Shown here one piece after another: positions 40,760-54,600 of a stretch of 64,000 bases of DNA. The DNA lies in assembly GCF_009914755.1 (NCBI RefSeq), contig NC_060929.1. The stretch is one strand, 5' to 3'. The translations under genes and the position numbers were made by a program. The notes under the pieces were generated by a model that was given only the letters and a program-made list of their open reading frames with translations, was not told the DNA's origin and searched no databases. The stretch comes from the human T2T-CHM13v2.0 reference genome, Homo sapiens. The number at the start of each line of letters is the position of its first letter. Position 1 is the stretch's first letter.

Positions 40760-41850
40760 TGTTTTAAAGAGAATTTTTAAATTTTTGATGTAATCAAACT
40801 TAGTAATCTTTTTCCTAATGATTTTTGCTCTTGTGTGTCTTAAGAATAATTTATAAACACCAAAGTCATAAAAAATTGCTGATATTTCCTTCTAATATTC
40901 TTGAGCAGTTGTTCATTATTTAGATCTTTTGTACATTTTAATTTTGTACATTTAATTTAGTGATAAGGTATAGGATAAAACATTTTTGTACGTGTAAGAT
41001 AAAAACTATTTTAATAATGCTTATCGAATTTTTCCTTTTCTTCTAATTTGAAAAGACAATTCTAACATATGCTCTTTCTCTTCATCTTACTTTTTCTCAC
41101 AATATGTGTATTTCTTTCATCATTAAAAATGTCCCATAAACATCATTTTATTGTTGTGTAGTATTTCAACCTGTGACAATGCCAACATTTATTTAATACT
41201 TTTTCAATAATTAGATATTTGACTGTTTCCATTTTTGTTTGTTTAACACTAAAAGGAACATCTATATAAATGAAACATCATTCGTATTCAATTGTTTACT
41301 TAAAACATATTCTTAGAAGTAAAACTGCTTGGTCAAAGAATATGAACATCTAAAGTTCTTATACAAAGTGCAAATTATTCTCCAGAATAGTTAGACCAAC
41401 TTGCCCTTGTTTGAGCATTTACCAGTAAATGAGAATACAGGTCCCACTATACATTTACCAACGCTAGTATCAAATATCTTTCTCCTTTCTTTGACATTCT
41501 TTAAATATTTATATGCTAGGCCCCAGGCTAAGCTCTTTACACAGATAATCTCATTTAAATTCTACAATTCTATCAGATAAGTACAACCATAATCTTCCTT
41601 TAACACATAAGAAAATTGAGTCTTCAACAGATTACAGGACTTGGCCAAGGCTACACAGCCAGTGAGTACTAGAGGTGAAACTTCAACCCAGGCCAACTAA
41701 CAACAGAAGCAGAGCATTTTAACCAGCTCTACTTTTCCTCAAATCTTTACCAATTTAAAAGGCTAAAAAAATGGCTTCTCTTTTAATTTGCATTGCCTTG
41801 ACTACTAAGGAAGATGAACATTTTATTCTGGGCTAATTGTATTTACTTCT
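40760..41850 (-). mobile_element. Old L1M fragments with a nested antisense MIR (~41500-41730)
   Basis: TTTTTGATGTAATCAAACTT, TTCTTAGAAGTAAAACTGCTTGGTCAAAG; MIR motifs ATCTCATTTAAATTCTACAA...CTTGGCCAAGGCTACACAGC. Confidence 0.5.
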
Positions 41851-41909
41851 AGATCAATTCTATAGGTAGCAGTAATCTGAGTTCCAATTTGGTCATTAGA
41901 AGGTGGTAT

Positions 41910-42130
41910 GCTGGCCTCAGCGTAACTCAGATTTTAGAAGAGTAAGATTTGGATTCGAGTTGCACTTTGTTGGCTCAGCTGTGCGGTCTTGAGCAAGTCA
42001 CTTAACTACCTGGAGCTTCAGGCTCTTTACTTGCGAGATGAAGGTAGATATGCTTTTTCTCACCAAGTTGTTATGAAGACTGCTGAGATCAAAGGAGTTT
42101 AAGCACATAAGCAAACAATGAGATACAAGG
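41910..42130 (+). mobile_element. MIR
   Basis: GCTGTGCGGTCTTGAGCAAGTCACTTAAC...GGAGCTTCAG. Confidence 0.55.
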
Positions 42131-42784
42131 CATGAGAAACACTGGGCTAGGAGCTTTCCAGTGTCTCCATTATTCTTCCTATCTCCATGAAATAGGCAGT
42201 ATCTCCATTTCATAAGTGTGAAAAGTAATTTGACCAAGGTTACACTGGTAGTAAGTGGTAAGAGTACTTCTAAGTGCTTGGCACATAGAAAGTCCTTAGT
42301 AAGTGTTCATTCATCCAGGAACACATCACTCTTTGCCCCAGAAGTGGAGATGAAGTCTCCCCAGTTTCTCAAGAGATGAGGGCAGCATTTTTTCAGAGAG
42401 AAGAGAAGATCCTTTAAAGGACAATGCTAATATTATGGGAATAATAGGCATCAAAGGAAGAAATAAGAAGATAATCAAATGTTATCCAATTCCTTTCTTT
42501 ATTTTACCTAAAATTCAGAAAAGATCTAATGACAATCCCCTCAGCAAACACTAAACTTTCCTGCAACAAACCATATACAAGTTGCTCCTACCATGTGGCT
42601 TTTAAGCCTCATGCACACCGACTTTTCTAGAGCATTATTCTCACGTGGTTGCTCCTCTTATGCCTCCAGTGCAAATGAGATGGAAGTTAAATAAGAGCTT
42701 TCTTACTTTATTGAATTCCCATTGATAAACATCTCCCTTGCAATCGTCTTGGCTATTCTCTCTTGTGGGAGAGACAGAGAGAGA

Positions 42785-43240
42785 ATTAGCTATTGTTTTC
42801 TAGATTCAAACCCTCCCTTCTATGTTCTGTGATGCTGCTGTGTCATCTGACACCATGTTACACTCTACAGTAGCTAGCACTAGAGGATGACTGCAAAGTT
42901 GGCAGAGGAAGAACTGACTTGCTTCTCCCTATGGCTTCTTGTTGGGTTTCCATGGGCTTCATGGTCCTGCCAGCACAACCCTAACAACACTTCTTTTCCC
43001 CATCAGCACCAGCAGACAGGCACTCCAATCTCAGATGTCTTTTTCTCTAGGTTTCTAAGTTCTAGAAATTCCAATCTCTTCTTTTGTTCCACAGCCCTAA
43101 GGATGGTAGCTGCTTCCTGCAGTCCCTCCTCTGTGATACATCTTTTTGCCTTTTCAATTCTTCAACCCTAGTTGAAGAATATAATCATTCATATTAAATG
43201 TTCTTTGTCAAAATAATTAGTGTGGTTTCTGACACTGAGT
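42785..43240 (+). mobile_element. LTR41-like ERVL LTR
   Basis: TTCAAACCCTCCCTTCTATG...AGCCCTAAGGATGGTAGCTGCTTCCTGCAG...AAAATAATTAGTGTGGTTTCTG. Confidence 0.5.
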
Positions 43241-43582
43241 GCTATCAAGGAGGTGGAAGAGGGTAGGACCAGGAGATTATTAAAATCCTTTCGACAACAA
43301 ATGTCCATGTTCTTGTACACTGGATTCACTGGAAATCCAGTCACTGGGAATCCAGTCTACAAGATTCAAATCCCACAGTTGCTTCTTCCTAGCTGTGGGA
43401 ACCTTGGCAATTTTCTCCCAAGCCAGGAATCCCTAAGTTGCAGAAGGGACTTGAGATAACCTGAACTTGGGCCAGTGTGAGGCCCAGGGGAAGGTGGGGA
43501 GGTTCCCAGTCTCTGCCTTCCCTTGGCAAGCCTTCAAGCTGCCCAGTGTCCAGTTCTACTCATCCTGGTGCAATCCTGCCAG

Positions 43583-44251
43583 TGATACCAAACCAGACCC
43601 ATTCTACCCATCACACAGCATGCAAATCACTGAGAAGACGAGTTTTGCAGCAGAGAAAGAGTTTATTTACAAGGAGCCAAGCAAGGAGGTGGGAGAACAG
43701 GTCTAAAATCTACCTCCTTGAAGACAGGGCTTAAGGCTATTTGTAGGGTAAAGAAGCAGGGTGGTCTAAGGTGTGGGGAAATGTGATTGGTAGTGGGGAA
43801 AAATTAGGTAATTAGTGGTTTGCACAAGCATAGTTGATGTTCATGGCTCTTCACAGGACTTATGTTCAGAAAATGGTGATGTTAGCATGATTGGAGGGAA
43901 GAGTTTTAGGCCCTTTGACATCAAAAGGTCACCTCTTAGGCATTTGCACAGGCCCAGTTGAAGGGTTGGTGGTCTCAACTGGTTCAAACTGGACAAGAAA
44001 CAGCTAGGTCCTAAGAAACAACTAGGTCCTAAGAAACAACTTCAAGCAGCCATTAGTGTAGTGCCATATACATCAGAGCTGTTACCTATATGGAATCTAG
44101 TGGCGGTGTTTGTTATGTATTGTGTGGCTACATGACTTTTAGCCAAACCGTATATACAGGTTTTCAGCTCAACTAGAAGCAGATGATTAAAAGCAAGCAA
44201 GACAGGTTAACCTAAGTTTGGGGGGCTTAATCAAGTTAGCCCTTGGTTGCA
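43583..44251 (-). mobile_element. ERV1-class solo LTR (LTR24/LTR26-like), 669 bp
   Basis: TG...CA termini, perfect 4-bp TSD CCAG (43579-43582 and 44252-44255), and an antisense poly(A)-signal-like TTTATTT near 43660. Subfamily uncertain. Confidence 0.8.
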
Positions 44252-44549
44252 CCAGCAATAAAGCATGCATGAGAATGGTGACCCCTGGGACACATTTCCC
44301 TGACACCTTAGGGGCATTTTCCTGGCATCTTCAGCTGTGGAAAGATGAGGTAGCCACCAATTCTGGGTCCAACAAAATTGGCATTAGTTTCTTTCCATTG
44401 GAGAAGAGACACACAGGAGGAAGTGTGGACAGTGCCCTACACTCAAGGCAAGGCGGCTAACTCGAACCTGCATGGGGACAGGAAAGATGTGCCCCCTCCT
44501 AGGATTAGCAGGGTCTAGAATTACTCAAAGTTGATGGTTTAACATTGAT

Positions 44550-44790
44550 TTTACGATTATAAGCCCTGGTGCTAGACTGTCCAGATTGAAATCCCACCAC
44601 TGCTTCTTACTTGCTTGGGGACCCTGCAATTTTCTCAACCTTTCTATGCTTCAGTTTCTTCATCTGTGTAATGGGGATAATTAGAGTATTTACCTCATAA
44701 TGTTTTGAAAGGGTTGGATTATTTACCTTATGCAATGCATTTAGAACAGTGTCTGGCACATAAAAAGTGATATGAAATGTGTACCTACTT
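44550..44790 (+). mobile_element. MIR
   Basis: CTTTCTATGCTTCAGTTTCTTCATCTGTGTAATGGGGATAAT...TTAGAACAGTGTCTGGCACATA. Confidence 0.75.
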
Positions 44791-44897
44791 GCTGATGATG
44801 ATCTGTGTATGACAAGCTAAGCAACAGAGAGATGCACAGACACCCACGTGAACAGAGAAGTATGTTTTGATGGAATCTTTTCAGTCAGAAGAGCTAC

Positions 44898-45490
44898 TTG
44901 TTAAGATACTTTAGGTTGCAAGAAACAATAAGCCCTAGGACAAATGGCTTGAAAGGGAAATTTATTATCTTAAACACAACAAGTTCAGAGTAAGGCAGCT
45001 TCAGCAGATCAAAGATGCCATCAAGGACACAGCTCCTTTTCATATTTCTTTTCTACCATTCTCTGCAGAATATTTTGTTTCCGTTTTTGTTTTTGTTTTT
45101 GTTTTCTGAGGCTTGACCTCTCATGTTTGCAAGAGGGCTGTAGTAGATTTCACCATCCCAGCCTTGAGACAACATACAGGGCATTGGAAGGACTTTAACT
45201 CCCCAGTGTAGCATTTAAAGATAGAGGACAGCCTTTTGCAGATGCCCCTCCTTCAACCCACCCTGAAGGCTTCTTTCTCCTTCTCATTGGCTAGACTGTT
45301 TCTCATACTTATGCCTAAACCAATCAAGATTACTTAGAACAATCAAGAGTCACAGCTGAGGAATAGGCATGAAGCTCACCTCCCCTGAAACATATGACTG
45401 CACAGGTGGCTATATGCCCAAACAAAATCAGGGTTCAGTTAGGAAGAAGAAAGGGAAAAATGGCTGGTGGGCAAAGAACCAAGAGTGACT
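44898..45490 (-). mobile_element. MLT1K/L-like MaLR LTR
   Basis: GGTTGCAAGAAACA...GATGCCATCAAGGAC...CTCATTGGCTAGA...AACAAAATCAGGGTTC. Confidence 0.6.
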
Positions 45491-48471
45491 GCTACCATGG
45501 CCTTCCCAGCACCCTGCACAGCACACAGTCATTGGCCTGTGCATAAACTTGGCTCTGTGCCCAGATTGACCGCACTGACATTTAGGAGAATATATGGGGG
45601 AACAAGAAACCTGTCTCCCCACCTCATCAAGGATATGAGGGCCAAAATAGGTTTATTCGTCTAGACCCCAAACACACACAGACACACTGTTGGGGAGTGT
45701 TTGTCAGTTAGGAGAAGTGTAAGGAATGGAAAAGAGTGAGGAGAGGAAGGGGAAGCCAAGCGCTGAATAAATTGGCATGTCAACAAAGGATGGAGAAGAG
45801 AACATTAGCGCGAAAAAGAATGGGAGCTGGAGAGTCCCCAAGCACAGAAGCTGGGGAAATGAAGGGACAAATTCAGGAAGGAATGTTATTTAAAATGTGT
45901 GCACATCTGAGGAGCAAAAAAAACAGAAGAGTGGCACAAAAGGCCAAGCCAGAGGGGGAAGCCTGGGAGCAGAAGTTGAGAGGGGGACTCTTTCAGGCAA
46001 GTGTAATAGCAAGGATACAGCAATGACCCAAGCACCAAGTCTGTTTTTCCTTAAAGTGAAATCTATGCTGTTCTGAAAGTATATGACTAAAAACCTGCTA
46101 TATCCATGAGGCAGGAGGCTGGAAGCTGGGGCAGAGTGGCAGCCTGGGGCCAGAGATGCACAGACACCCATGTGAACAGCTCCTGACAGGGAGGGGTGGG
46201 GGTCTGAGCTGCCAAGCTCTGCCTGGGAGATCTGTTTACTTTTTCATGCCCAGATCTTGAGGGGCACTTTTGGCAATGTTTACTGGGGACCCAGACCTCA
46301 CTCTTGGTCTCCCACAGTGCTAAGACAGGGGCAAAAGGCTCAAGGTGACCGTCTACTGACTAGGAGGCTTGGAAATATCTGAAATCTCTTTAACCCCAGG
46401 TTCCCTTAGTGGCTGCATTCTCTGATGAACACTTTTAGTAGTTGAATCCACAGAGGGCAAACTCAACGCTTCTGGGTACTGCTGCTGTAAAAACCAGGAG
46501 AATAATGAGAATTTATTGCAATTATTCTTTGACTAAGCATGGTATTTGTTCAGAAGAAACACTTTAATAAGTCATTTAAGGTGGTTGCTAGCACACAGCC
46601 TCATGCACAAGGACTGTGTATCGTTACACAGAAGGAAGATGGTGAGATGCTACACCCTGCCAAAGTAGCTCCCCGACCATCTACGCAAATGTTTAGTAAA
46701 AGTCTATGAAACCTCACAAAACTGTGGCGCGAGTAAACTTTTTTTCTGGGACCAGAACAGAGGCTGTATCTTGCTCCTAAGATGAAGTGGGGGTGGGGGA
46801 GTGAAATTATCAGCTCATGTGAATACAGGAGTCAGGGACAGCTCTGCTGACTCCTGGAGCCCCATGAGCAAAGCACTACCTCAGACATCTGGGCATATGG
46901 GGCCTGGGTATCTATCAATCAACCAACCAATCAATCAGAAATCCAACCAATGGGAATTTATGAGGCTCTGGCTTTATGCTGGGCTCATATGAAAGCACAT
47001 ATGGCAGATACAAATTACAGGAAATGAACGGCATTCAAGAAGTTTACAATCAAACCTGGGCACCAAACTCAAACCAAAAAAGGGGTTTAAAATGTGTGTT
47101 CATGACTATGAGTACCATAGAGATCAGAGACTCAGGGAGACCAACAAAGCTGCAAGTAGTCATAGTTTAAGGAGGAGGTGGCTTGGAAGCAGGGAAGTAT
47201 GATCAGTCTTTACAGAGAAACAGATGGGAAGCGGAGGATTCCAGGGAAGCATAGAGGCAGGTACGAGGAGTCAGGGACACGTGTGGCGAATGTGAGGGGC
47301 TCTCGGTCTTGCTGGCATGAAACTGGGTGATTCTGGGACCTAAGCATCAAGAGAGGTGAGAGGGAGATTCAAGGTCAAAACAGTCTCCATAGCTCAGAGA
47401 AGGAGGACTGCCCGCTAAGCAAACATGCTCACACCCCAGATAGAGTGAGTTTTCAGAGCAGAAGAGCTGAGGAAGCTTTTTATGTGATTTATAACGGTCT
47501 GTGACCCCAGACAGCGGCACACCCCAGCCCCCAAATGCCACTGCAGAGAGCAGAGATGTGTTTTTTCATAAAAATGTTATTTTACTTTAATGCAAAAGTC
47601 AGGAAAATTAATCTGGGCCAAAAGGAGAATTTCTTGTAGAGACCTCTGGTTTCCCCATAAATTCTCCCCAAGTGCTCCCAGGCCACAGCGCCCCTGCTTC
47701 CAGTCTGCAGTCTGTTGGTATTCAGCCTCTGCCCTGGACCAGGAAATTACCAATTCCAGTCTCACACAAGGAATTAAGGTTGGAACAATACAGTATTTTA
47801 CAATCCAGTACAAGCTGCATTTATCCAGAGCTTTTCATGCATGGCATCTTAAAGTTCTTTATGACCCTTTTTCTTAAAAAAAAAAAAAAAAAAAGGAAAA
47901 AAAGGAATTTAAAAGAGAAAACCTTCTAAAAACCCAAACCCCCACTGAACTAAATGAGCCATTCAGAGTGAATAGGACTTAACAGTGGCCTTCAGAATAG
48001 GAACAGAGGTCCCACTCGGATGGAACAAGAACAACAGAATCAAAGGAAAGTACAGCTCAGAGAAGGCTGCACAAGGCCTGAAATGTACCCCTCGGCCCTT
48101 GGGGCACTGATGGGCTCTGCGATCTGTGACTGGCACAACGAGCTTTGGATGGGGATCAGAAGATGGGGATGTGGTCCCCATGATTCAGTGAGTGCAGAGG
48201 GGACAAGAAGGTCACCTTTTGGCTCTGAAGATAGTCAGCACCAGCCTCAACATTTGTTCTCCCCACTTGGCGAATACCCTCCCCAAAGGCCACTAGACTA
48301 GGAAAGGAAGTGGCTATATTATGTGCCTTTGGATTCCAATCCTAATCCTAGCTCCTTCTCAGGTACCCAGAGCCCTCATGCTACATTCTGCTACAGCCCC
48401 AGCTATGCTTGCCCTTCTTGGAAATCCCTCATGTTTTGAACAACCACCACACACCTCTTCTTTCCCCCTCT

Positions 48472-48997
48472 TGTTGCAGTCTCTCATTGCCTGAGGTAGT
48501 ACCCAGAGTCCTTTGTCTCATGACCAAGAAAGTTAAGGAGTGCAGACACCAAGGTTGGAGCGAAAGTTTAATAAGTGAAAGAAGAAAGCTCTCCACTGCC
48601 GAGAGGGGACCTGAAAGAGGGTTGTTGTTTTACAATTGAATGCAAAGGTTTTAATAAAACACTGATGAGAGCTGGGCATCTTATTTATATAAGGTGCGAA
48701 TTTCGGGTAGCTATACCCCTCTCTCCTAGTGCACATGCAGGCCCTTAGTTTGAGTTACTCCATATTGCTTTGTTCGCCTTACTGTGCATGTGTCAGGAGA
48801 TGGAATTTTCCATTGCGGGCATGTCTGGGCAAGTCACCTGTGTAGCCTTTCTTATCTGTATGTCTGTGGGCATGTCTTAGGTAAGCCCCACTGTGCAAGT
48901 TCCCTTATCTGTGCCTGCAGGGTGTTTGTTTGAAAGAATTTAACCGAGGACTCACCCTAACTGCCTGCTGACTGGTTTCTTTCTTTCCCCTCTCTCA
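48472..48997 (-). mobile_element. MER61-family (C/E/F-like) ERV1 solo LTR, 526 bp
   Basis: The minus strand begins TGAGAGAGGGGAAAGAAAGAAACCAGTCAG; perfect 4-bp TSD CTCT (48468-48471 and 48998-49001). Confidence 0.75.
48817..48836. promoter_or_regulatory. p53 response element (19/20 match, zero spacer)
   Basis: GGGCATGTCT GGGCAAGTCA versus RRRCWWGYYY x2. Confidence 0.65.
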
Positions 48998-49498
48998 CTC
49001 TCACCCTGCTTCCAACCCCCTTGCTCTTCCCCGGGTCCTGTGTTTTGCAGAGAGCCAGCTCTCTGCTTGGCCCAATCTTATAAATTCATTCTTTTAGTGG
49101 TGTTTTGGGATGACAATTATTCAAAAAGATGCTTATCTCAAAAACTGTATTTTCATGTTAACCAGATCTCCAATGTTGTCACTAGAGACCTGAACTATCC
49201 AGGGAGGTAGAAGATGCTCAAAGTAGATGTTGCTGACTAGAGATTTTCAGAGTTGCCTTGGTGTACTAGAGGCCAGTGAAGGTGTTTCTCCATGCACAGA
49301 GGAAATGTGAATAAGTTGTCTTGGGCTGCTGCCAAAGTAAAACTATCGGCCTCATGAGTCAATCCATAGGCAACCCAGCTACTTTACATTCACAAGTTCA
49401 GGTTTTGGGTTTTGCTGTTGTTGTTGTTTCCATCTTTGTTTTTGTTTGTTTTTTTATTTCCTGCTTCTGTGTAGGAATGAAGCTTCAGAATGAGGTGA

Positions 49499-49825
<327 letters not shown>

Positions 49826-50699
49826 AAGAAATTACTTTTTTAAAAAAAGTTTGAAAAGCTTTTAAAACACAGTTTTAAAAATGATGACACCTGCTTCCCA
49901 GTGATTTCATGACCAGTAATAAGATAATGCCTGTAAGACACAGAGCATGGTGTTTGACAGAGTAGGAGCTCAACAGCTGCTGATTCCCACACTCCTGTTT
50001 TCTTGCCCCATTTCCCTCTCCACCCCTTAAATCCTTTGCTCCCATCTTGCACTTGTCCCATGTTCTTTAACACTTTGCACAATACATTCCGGAGAGCGTT
50101 CTCCAGAGCCCCTGCGAATGGGCAGTGTGAGCAGCAGCATGGGAGGGCAATCAGCCCTGGGGTTGGAGACTCTAACCAGTTGTGCGACCTTGGACGATTC
50201 CTTTCACCTCTCTGCTGCTCTGTCTCACCATCTGTAAAATGAGCTCATTGAATGAGGTGGTATCTAAGGTCCTTCATGGGTCTAACGCACCAGGTTTTGT
50301 GACAAGTTTTACAACAATATCATTAACTAAGTTTAACCACTCTGAATTATGACACTATTGTTCTTTAAACTTCTCAACCCCTTCAGTCTCAAACACAGTC
50401 ATTGTTGGCTCTATCCTATGCATACTAAGACACCGAAAATGCGATTTGGAAACAAAGGCCAAGAGAATCACAGGCAACCAGAATGTACTGCAAGATTAGT
50501 GTGTGTGATTTGCTGAAACCCATGTCCACGTGGGCCCACAGCTAACAAGTAACAAGATAATGGAGATTATGAGCTAAGCTAGTCTCTAGTACTAACTATT
50601 GTCCCTAGGGCAGAAGGAACCAGCAACCCCCAGTCTCCTCCTGACAGCTTCTGTCAGTCTCCTACTGACATAAGAAATGGAGGGAATGGAAACCAAAGT

Positions 50700-51137
50700 T
50701 GGTGGAATCGTGTTGGAGACATGGCAAACACCCTCCATCATTTATGCACCTCCAGTCTGACTTCCAACTGCCAATGCACACCTTTGCCTGAAGGTTTTCA
50801 CTGTGCCCAGTGCCTACTCTGCCTGGGCACACAGCAGCTGGAATTGATAACCCCCCAGAAGCAGTCTGTTGCCACACTCTGGCTCCTTAACGCTTTGGAT
50901 GGGGTAGTGCTGGGGTAGGTATTCTTCACTGGCTCCTGGAGTTGCCCTGCAGCTCACGCCCCAGTTGCCCAAAGTGGTGATTTGCTGAATGAGGCATTCT
51001 TTGTTGGCTGCTTTCCCTTGCCCGTCCCACTTCCTCATTCTCTTACTGGTGTTTCCTGGGATCACTTCCCAAATAAACTATTTTGACTCAAATCCGTGTT
51101 TCAGAGCTTGCTTCTGGTGGGGATCCAAAATGAGAGA
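50700..51137 (+). mobile_element. LTR16-like ERVL LTR
   Basis: TTTCCTGGGATCACTTCCCAAATAAACTA...CTCAAATCC...GCTTCTGG 3' end. Confidence 0.6.
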
Positions 51138-52245
51138 AATGGTTCCGCTTCTAAAGATATAGCTTTGTTCTACAGTTGATCCAAGTAGCTCATTTATTCA
51201 TTCAACAAATATTTGTTTTGCTCCTACAAGAGCAGGCACTGAATCAAGCACTGAAAAGCTACACACACGCGTTCTGTGAAAGATCAGTAGATGGGTCCTT
51301 GGCTGAGAATGTCCCATGACAGGCAGAGTTAGCTGAGACGAGGGAAAGGATTATGGGACTACCGTGATGTACTGGCCTGCTGAGTATCTGAAGATGAAAG
51401 ACCTAGCCCTGAGAGTCTAATTCAACACCCACCATCCTCCCCAGCCCCCGATACACAAACACCTCTTTAAGATGTGAGGCATGAAAAGGCAGTCCTGGCA
51501 CATTTTGCTCAGGAAAATGTGTAGCAGGAATAAAGAACCACCCTGCATTCTTTGTTTGTCCAGGTGCCTGTTCACATCAGAGGCGCTTGCAGGGTCTGAC
51601 CTGCTCCAGGGGCTCCTCTGGGCCTTTGAAGCCAGCAGCCTTTCTGGCCATGAATCCTGCCCAGCAGCCTGGGAAATGGATGTTGCTCCAAGAGTGCGCC
51701 CCTGCATGTCACAGACAGCACTGTACCCCGGAGGGGCAAAAGGAAGTGTGCAGACCTCACTGTGCCCTTTAGGGTCTCAAGGAGAACCCATGAGTTTTAA
51801 AGAGAAACATCACATAAAAGTGACAGGGCTTCAGAGTCAAGAACCTGAGGACTCAAGCAGCTGAATAAATGGTGTCCACATATTCACCAGCCTGTCCCGT
51901 CACCTCCCAGGAGGCCCCCAGGGTTGTGGCGGATGAGGTCTGGCCTCAGGGATTCCTCCCATGGCTGTGTCCAAGGCGCCAGAGAGGGCCTTCTTCCCTT
52001 TCTCCGTGCCGCAGAGGAAGCTGACTGGGGACATGTCTGCACTGTTTGTGTGGGGTGCTTGTTCCAACCCCGTTCTGGAATTTCTTCTTAGATTTATGCA
52101 AGCCAAAATGACATTCTCTACCCTCAATTTCAATAGACATCAGTAACTGGGATCATGAATTGGGCTAAAAGCTGATGAAATTTAGTATTCAGATCAAATA
52201 ACAAGTGTCCATTGAAGCACATTTTTAAAATTACCAACATAATAT

Positions 52246-52545
52246 TGTTGTAGGAAAACCCGGGTTATTGTCAAACTAGCAGGAAAGATTATGCAGATAC
52301 TTTGAAGGGTGAGGGGGCCAGAATTTATCGGGTGAAAACGAGAAACAACACAGCAAAGCGAGAGAGGAGTTCCTGTTAACAGGCCCTCATCTCACAGACT
52401 AATTCCCAGGTTCCCACGCAGGAACACTAGGGGCCAGGCTCCTCCCCGCCGCAAGGCGCAAACTTCTGTGGTTCCACCCCGTCTTCTCCCAGTGCGCAGG
52501 CCTGTCAGAGATTCTCCAGAGAACCTTTTATACTTGGATGTCTCA
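52246..52545 (-). mobile_element. MER61A-like short ERV1 solo LTR, 300 bp
   Basis: The minus strand reads TGAGACATCCAAGTATAAAAGG...GGTTTTCCTACAACA; TSD ATAT/ATAA (3 of 4). Confidence 0.7.
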
Positions 52546-52892
52546 ATAAGTAATTTGAAAAAGAACAAATTGTCTTTCCATCTGCTTCTTTTCTTAAGTG
52601 ACTCTAACCTACTTCTTTTAAGTTTGCCCTAAAGCCAGATTGTCTTGTGATTGGCCGCACCAAGAAGGCCTGGAGCAGAGAGAGTGGGATTCACGGCTGA
52701 GCCTCTTCTGTCACCAACTCCATTGCACCACAGACCTGGGAGTTGTCATTCTACTGCTGACTGCCACATTAAAGACGAGATGATCCTAGCAGGAATCTGT
52801 ATTTCTCTTGATGAGAAAATGGAAATATTGTATTATGTTCAGAAATTAAGTGTGAACACTTACTAATAGATTAAGTGACATTTATTCAATGC

Positions 52893-53226
52893 TTCTTTTT
52901 TGTTTCTTTGTTTTTTTTGTTTTTTTGTTTTTTTTTTTTGAGATGGAGTCTCACTCTGTCGCCCAGACTGGAGTGCAGTGGCGTGATCTCGGCTCACTGC
53001 AACCTCCGCCTCCTGGGACGGATTCTTCTGTCTCAGCCTCCCAAGTAGCTGGGACTACAGGCGCACGCCACCACACCTGGCTAATTTTTGTATTTTGTAT
53101 TTTTTTTTAGTGGAGACGGGGTTTCACCATATTGGCCAGGCTGGTCTCAAACTCCTGACGTTGTGATCCGCCCGCCTCAGCCTCCCAAAGTGCTGGGATT
53201 ACAGGCGTGAGCCACCACGCCCGGTC
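52893..53226 (-). mobile_element. AluSg-like
   Basis: TSD TATTCAATGC (52883-52892 and 53227-53236). Confidence 0.95.
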
Positions 53227-53511
53227 TATTCAATGCATTTTATTTTAGAAATTAAAGATCAAATATTTAACAAATATTTGATGGGTAATAAAGTTTCATG
53301 TTAATGAAAAGATGGTACAAGAGGAGTGGGTGAAAACAGGAAATACAGCTCAGAATTCCAGTTGTATTTCTCCCAGTAGGAGCATGAATGCTGACTGTGT
53401 GCCATGATTTTCAGGTAAAACAAAATGAAATAAGACATTCTTCCAACTCAGAAAGCTTACAACTCAGGGAGGTAAAGAGACTAAGGCAAATATCAAAATA
53501 GTACAGTATAT

Positions 53512-54207
<696 letters not shown>

Positions 54208-54259
54208 TCAAAGCAATGTGGGAATTCAGGAGAGGTAGAGATCATCTTGGTTGTGGGTG

Positions 54260-54600
54260 ATTCATTCATTCAATAAACAGTACCTAGTATGGCCAGTTCA
54301 ATGTGTAAGACATTGAACTGCAAAGTGAACTAAACAGACCCGCCCTCATGGAGCTCACAAGCTAGCAGGGAGAGACAGGCTGTATAAACAATAAGCAAAT
54401 CAAGTAAGTCAATTAAATGTTTGTTAAAGAGGTTTTTGTTTGTTTGTTTGTTTGTTAAAGAGGTTTTAAATGCTAAGGGGAAAAAGGAAATAGAGCAGGG
54501 ATCTTGACCTTTCCTCTGAGTGGAATAGGCTGTCAGAGAGTTCTGAGCAGCAGAGTGACATAACCTGATTGATATTTTAGTAGGATCACTCTAGATTGAG
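54260..54600 (-). mobile_element. L2 fragment
   Basis: ATTCATTCATTCAATAAAC...CCCTCATGGAGCTCACA...GAGTGACATAACCTGATT...AGGATCACTCT. Confidence 0.6.
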
